DNA of 36,071 nt, from positions 1-36,071 of the forward strand of contig CAYTVP010000002.1 in NCBI GenBank assembly GCA_964441675.1. Reading direction: 5' to 3'. Origin of the DNA: an uncultured Solibacteraceae bacterium. GTDB taxonomy: Bacteria > Acidobacteriota > Terriglobia > Bryobacterales > Bryobacteraceae. Positions 32,575-36,071 of the stretch are shown one piece after another (positions within the stretch are counted from its first letter, which is position 1; each line of letters starts with the position of its first letter). Below the pieces are notes generated by a model. That model did not search any database. It saw nothing but the letters and a program-made list of their open reading frames with translations, and was not told the origin of the DNA. Position numbers and translations under genes: made by a program.

Positions 32575-33445
32575 AGTAACTGCCCTTTTGCTGGCAGCCT
32601 TACCCGTTGCCGCTGCGCATCGCTATGAGGCTTCCGAGCCCCATATGGGTACACTCGTGTCCATTACCCTCTATGCCGAACATCCCGAACAGGCGCAGCG
32701 GGCATTCAGCGCGGGATTCTTACGGATCGCGCAGTTGAATCGAATTCTTTCCGACTACGACCCGGCAAGCGAACTTTCCCGCGTATGCAAACTGAACGAA
32801 CCATTGAGCGATGAATTACTGACGGTCGTACAGCATGCACAGAAGCTCGCCTCGGAAACGGATGGCGCTTTCGATATCACCGTAGGGCTTCTCAGCCGCT
32901 TGTGGCGAGACGCCCGCCGCGATAATCGCCTGCCGGAGCAGGGCGAAATTGAAAAGGCCCTGCGCAGTTCCGGTTATCGAAAGCTCCGATTGGAGGGCCG
33001 CCGGGCGATTTGCGCCGCACCTGAGATGCAACTAGACGCCGGCGGAATCGGTAAGGGCTATGCGGCGGATGAAGCTCTGGCCGCGATGGCCAAGACCGGT
33101 GTAACACGGGCGCTTGTCGCGGTTGGAGGAGATATTGCGGCCGGCGACGCGCCTCCCGACCGGAAGGAATGGAGGGTGAAGGTACTCGACAAGACAATCG
33201 GTCTTGTTCACGCCGCCGTTTCCACTTCCGGCGACGAGTTTCAATATCTCGAAGTCGACGGCGTTCGTTATTCCCATGTCTTTGATCCGCGGACGGGAAT
33301 AGCGTTGAAGAATTCCCGTACTGTAACCGTCATTGCAAAATCCGGAATTCAAGCAGATTCCTTGACGAAGGCAATTGCGGTGGGCGGCGAAAGTCTGGCC
33401 AATCGGATTTCCCGAACACAACCATTTCGATTTATCATTCACTAG
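32558..33445 (+). CDS. apbE: FAD:protein FMN transferase (ApbE family), exported
   Basis: PHMGTLVSITLY, SELSRVCKLN, GAFDITVGLLSRLW, LDAGGIGKGYAADEA, VSTSGDEFQY...YSHVFDPRTG, TVTVIAKSGIQADSLTKA. TTG start overlapping the upstream gene by 17 nt. Signal peptide MRASSKVTALLLAALPVAAA. Confidence 0.8.
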   Translation: MRASSKVTALLLAALPVAAAHRYEASEPHMGTLVSITLYAEHPEQAQRAFSAGFLRIAQLNRILSDYDPASELSRVCKLNEPLSDELLTVVQHAQKLASETDGAFDITVGLLSRLWRDARRDNRLPEQGEIEKALRSSGYRKLRLEGRRAICAAPEMQLDAGGIGKGYAADEALAAMAKTGVTRALVAVGGDIAAGDAPPDRKEWRVKVLDKTIGLVHAAVSTSGDEFQYLEVDGVRYSHVFDPRTGIALKNSRTVTVIAKSGIQADSLTKAIAVGGESLANRISRTQPFRFIIH

Positions 33446-33499
33446 GGTTTGTCCGTGAATGCCACCAACCGTCATTTTTTCAACATTTTAGAGAGAGCA

Positions 33500-34882
33500 A
33501 TGCTTCGACGGAACCTCCTGAAGACAGCGGGTGCTAGCGTCGTCGCCTCCCGTGCGCGCGGCCAAGGATCCGCCGCCACGCGCAGACCCAACTGCATCGT
33601 CATCGTGCTCGATGACCTGGGCTCGACGGATCTGGGTTGTTACGGCGCTCGCGATCTGAAAACGCCGCACATCGATGCGCTGGCAGGAACCGGCGTCCGG
33701 TTCACCAACTGGTACTCGAACGCGAGTGTCTGCGCGCCGGCACGCGCCTCGTTGATGACCGGGCGCTATCCGGTACATGCCGGCGTCCCTACGAATGGCC
33801 CCGAGCTGCCGCAAGATCGAATTACGATCGCACGGCTGCTGAAGACCCACGGCTATACCACTGGACTTATGGGTAAGTGGCATCTTGGCACGCCCGGGAG
33901 CAACGCACCGAACGACCACGGCTTCGATGAGTTTTACGGCTTTCATACCGGGTGTGTCGATTTTTACTCGCACCGCTTCTATTGGGGCGAGCCGAGACGG
34001 CCCAATTTCCACGACCTGTGGCGCAATCGAACGGAGATCTTTGAAGACGGTGAGTATCTCACCGAGCGCATCACCTCGAACGCGGTGGAATTTATCCGGT
34101 CTCGCGGGAGCCACCCATTCTTCCTTTACCTGGCATACAACGCGCCTCACTATCCCATGCACGCACCCAGCAAGTACTTGAAGCGCTTTGCGGAGTTACC
34201 TTTGGAGCGTCGTATCTATGCCGCAATGATCGCCGCTGTCGATGACGGCGTAGGCGCGGTTGTGGGTGAGCTCGACCGGCTCGGGCTGGCGGAAGACACC
34301 CTGATTTTCTTCGTTGGGGACAACGGCGCGACAACTGAGCCAAGAGCCGGCCTGGGCGGCAAAGCAGCAACCGCGGGTAGCAACCGGCCGTACCGCGGTT
34401 ACAAATTCAGTCTCTTCGATGGTGGCATGCACGTACCCGCGCTGATGCGTTGGAAAGGACGATTGCCGGCCGGTGTCGTAAATGCCGAGGTATGCATGTC
34501 CATGGACATTCTGCCGACCATTGCCGCGATCGCCACAGCGCCACTTCCCTCCGGTTACCGAATCGACGGCAAGGACATTCTTCCGGTTGCCGCCGGAAAA
34601 GCGCCTTCGCCCCACGAAGCGATCTTTTGGACGCAGGGTGACCAGTTGGCAGTGCGCCGCGGTAAATACAAGCTGGTGATCAATGGATTCACTGCCGAAA
34701 ACTGGCCTGAAGGACGTGAGCCCTTGACGGGCGATGATGCAACGTTCCTATCGGATCTCGAGACGGACCCGGGCGAGACGAAAAACCTTCGCGGTCTACA
34801 CCCGAATGTCGCTGACGAACTGGCTACGCTTGCACACCACTGGAAGCAATCAATGGCTCATCAGGCGGCGAGTGGCAACTAA
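33500..34882 (+). CDS. Tat-exported Cys-type arylsulfatase-family sulfatase
   Basis: MLRRNLLKTAGA twin-arginine motif. IVIVLDDLG. Sulfatase signature SVCAPARASLMTGRYP (C-x-P-x-R). GKWHLG, NAPHYPMH, FVGDNG. ATG 33500 is chosen; TTG 33449 is also possible. Confidence 0.85.
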   Translation: MLRRNLLKTAGASVVASRARGQGSAATRRPNCIVIVLDDLGSTDLGCYGARDLKTPHIDALAGTGVRFTNWYSNASVCAPARASLMTGRYPVHAGVPTNGPELPQDRITIARLLKTHGYTTGLMGKWHLGTPGSNAPNDHGFDEFYGFHTGCVDFYSHRFYWGEPRRPNFHDLWRNRTEIFEDGEYLTERITSNAVEFIRSRGSHPFFLYLAYNAPHYPMHAPSKYLKRFAELPLERRIYAAMIAAVDDGVGAVVGELDRLGLAEDTLIFFVGDNGATTEPRAGLGGKAATAGSNRPYRGYKFSLFDGGMHVPALMRWKGRLPAGVVNAEVCMSMDILPTIAAIATAPLPSGYRIDGKDILPVAAGKAPSPHEAIFWTQGDQLAVRRGKYKLVINGFTAENWPEGREPLTGDDATFLSDLETDPGETKNLRGLHPNVADELATLAHHWKQSMAHQAASGN

Positions 34883-34921
34883 TCGATCGCCAAGGGCTCC
34901 GGACTGCGATACAACGTAGCC

Positions 34922-36071
34922 ATGACGCGAAGATCCTTGCTAGCGGCCGGGGCCGCCTCCGCAATGTCGCGAATGGCGGCCGCCGAAGCTCCGTATCGGC
35001 CATTGCCGGCAAACATCGCGGCCCGCAGATGGTTTCAGGAAGCGCGCTTCGGGATGTTTATTCATTGGGGCGTGTATAGCGTGATTGGTAACGGCGAGTG
35101 GGTGATGAACAACACGCGCATGTCCGTCGCCGACTACGAGAAGCTTCCCCCGAGGTTCAACCCTACCGGCTACGATGCAGCTGCCTGGGTGACCCTGGCC
35201 AAGGCAGCCGGCATGCGCTACATCACGATCACCAGCAAGCATCACGACGGTTTTGCCATGTGGGCTACGAAGCAGAACAAGTGGAACATCGTCGATGCAA
35301 CGCCCTACGGCAAGGACGTTCTGAAACCGCTCGCCGAGGAATGCCGCCGTCAGGGATTGAAGTTATTTTTCTACCATTCGCATCTCGACTGGCATCACAC
35401 GGATTATTTCCCGCTGGGGCGCACCGGCCATTATTCGAAACGCCCGGCGGCTGGAGATTTCAACCGGTATCTCGACTTCATGGATGCCCAGTTGACGGAG
35501 TTGCTCACGAACTATGGTGAAGTGGCCGGCATCTGGTTCGACGGTATCTGGGATAAAAAGGACGCGGACTGGCGGCTCCGCCGCACCTATGACATGATCC
35601 ACCGCCTGCAGCCGGCCGCGATGATCGGCAACAATCACCATCTTCCGCCGTTTGAGGGCGAGGACTTCCAGATGTTTGAAAAGGATTTGCCCGGTCAAAA
35701 CAAATCCGGCTTCAGTGAAGGGGCTACTATCGGCAGGCTTCCTCTTGAAACCTGCGACACGATTAACGGCGCCTGGGGATACAACGAATCCGACAAGAGA
35801 TTCAAAAGCGCTCGGGATTTGATCCACTATCTAATCCGTGCGGCAGGAAACAACGCAAATTTCCTGTTGAACATCGGCCCGAAACCTGACGGCACCATTC
35901 AGGATGAATTTATCGGCCGTTTGCGTGAGATCGGAGCATGGACCAATAAGTACGGCGAAACAATCTACGGTACCGAAGGCGGTCCGATTACACCGAGGCC
36001 TTGGGGGGTGACCACCACCAAAGGCGGCAAGGTTTATGTCCACCTTCTCGATTGGCCGGATGATTTGCTGG
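34922..36071 (+). CDS. alpha-L-fucosidase (GH29), 3' partial at the window edge
   Basis: My own translation from ATG 34922 stays open to the end of the window: MTRRSLLAAGAAS (Tat-like RR), ARFGMFIHWGVYS, ITSKHHDGFAMW, GIWFDGIWD, NFLLNIGPKPDGTI. It is absent from the ORF track because no stop is reached. Confidence 0.8.
   Translation, partial: MTRRSLLAAGAASAMSRMAAAEAPYRPLPANIAARRWFQEARFGMFIHWGVYSVIGNGEWVMNNTRMSVADYEKLPPRFNPTGYDAAAWVTLAKAAGMRYITITSKHHDGFAMWATKQNKWNIVDATPYGKDVLKPLAEECRRQGLKLFFYHSHLDWHHTDYFPLGRTGHYSKRPAAGDFNRYLDFMDAQLTELLTNYGEVAGIWFDGIWDKKDADWRLRRTYDMIHRLQPAAMIGNNHHLPPFEGEDFQMFEKDLPGQNKSGFSEGATIGRLPLETCDTINGAWGYNESDKRFKSARDLIHYLIRAAGNNANFLLNIGPKPDGTIQDEFIGRLREIGAWTNKYGETIYGTEGGPITPRPWGVTTTKGGKVYVHLLDWPDDLL

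Overview
This is a 36-kb window from a moderately GC-rich bacterium. The gene content (many NPCBM modules, FGE-fold paralogs, Tat-exported Gfo/Idh/MocA and sulfatase genes) looks Acidobacteriota- or PVC-like, but that is a guess from content only.

Layout:
(i) 1-880 is a lower-GC flank with one orphan ORF and an isolated tRNA 3'-end fragment, possibly an integrase att scar or island boundary.
(ii) 884-6392 holds an orphan sugar-binding lipoprotein and a secreted FGE-fold::alpha/beta-hydrolase fusion. These are followed by mutM, a DHPS-like gene with degenerate catalytic motifs that is translationally coupled to tyrS, and tyrS itself.
(iii) 6484-29642 is a single minus-strand block. It starts with a giant (about 1700 aa) secreted protein combining SNase-like, PQQ-type sugar dehydrogenase, 4x Big_5-like, PKD-like and 3x NPCBM domains. 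Next is a 13-gene Wzx/Wzy-type exopolysaccharide operon: GT2, two GT4, flippase, BY-kinase co-polymerase, polymerase, priming transferase, NDP-sugar synthesis and modification genes, Wza, a methyltransferase and a CE4 deacetylase. It ends with a secreted GH114-like hydrolase carrying 2x NPCBM.
(iv) 30285-36071 is a plus-strand operon of Tat-exported Gfo/Idh/MocA oxidoreductase, Sec-exported FGE-fold protein, ApbE flavin transferase, Tat-exported Cys-type sulfatase and a GH29 fucosidase (3' partial).

The most unusual items are:
(a) The periplasmic oxidoreductase / FGE-fold / ApbE / sulfatase / fucosidase operon. Its FGE-fold protein lacks the FGE cysteine pair, and the ApbE has no visible flavinylation target.
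(b) The NPCBM-decorated giant protein and the second NPCBM hydrolase bracketing the EPS operon.
(c) A perfect 50-bp-arm palindrome with an alternative 31-bp pairing inside the EPS operon, which also rewrites the C-terminus of a GT4.

No rRNA, intact tRNA, CRISPR array or transposase was seen. All family calls come from motifs read by eye; no searches were run.
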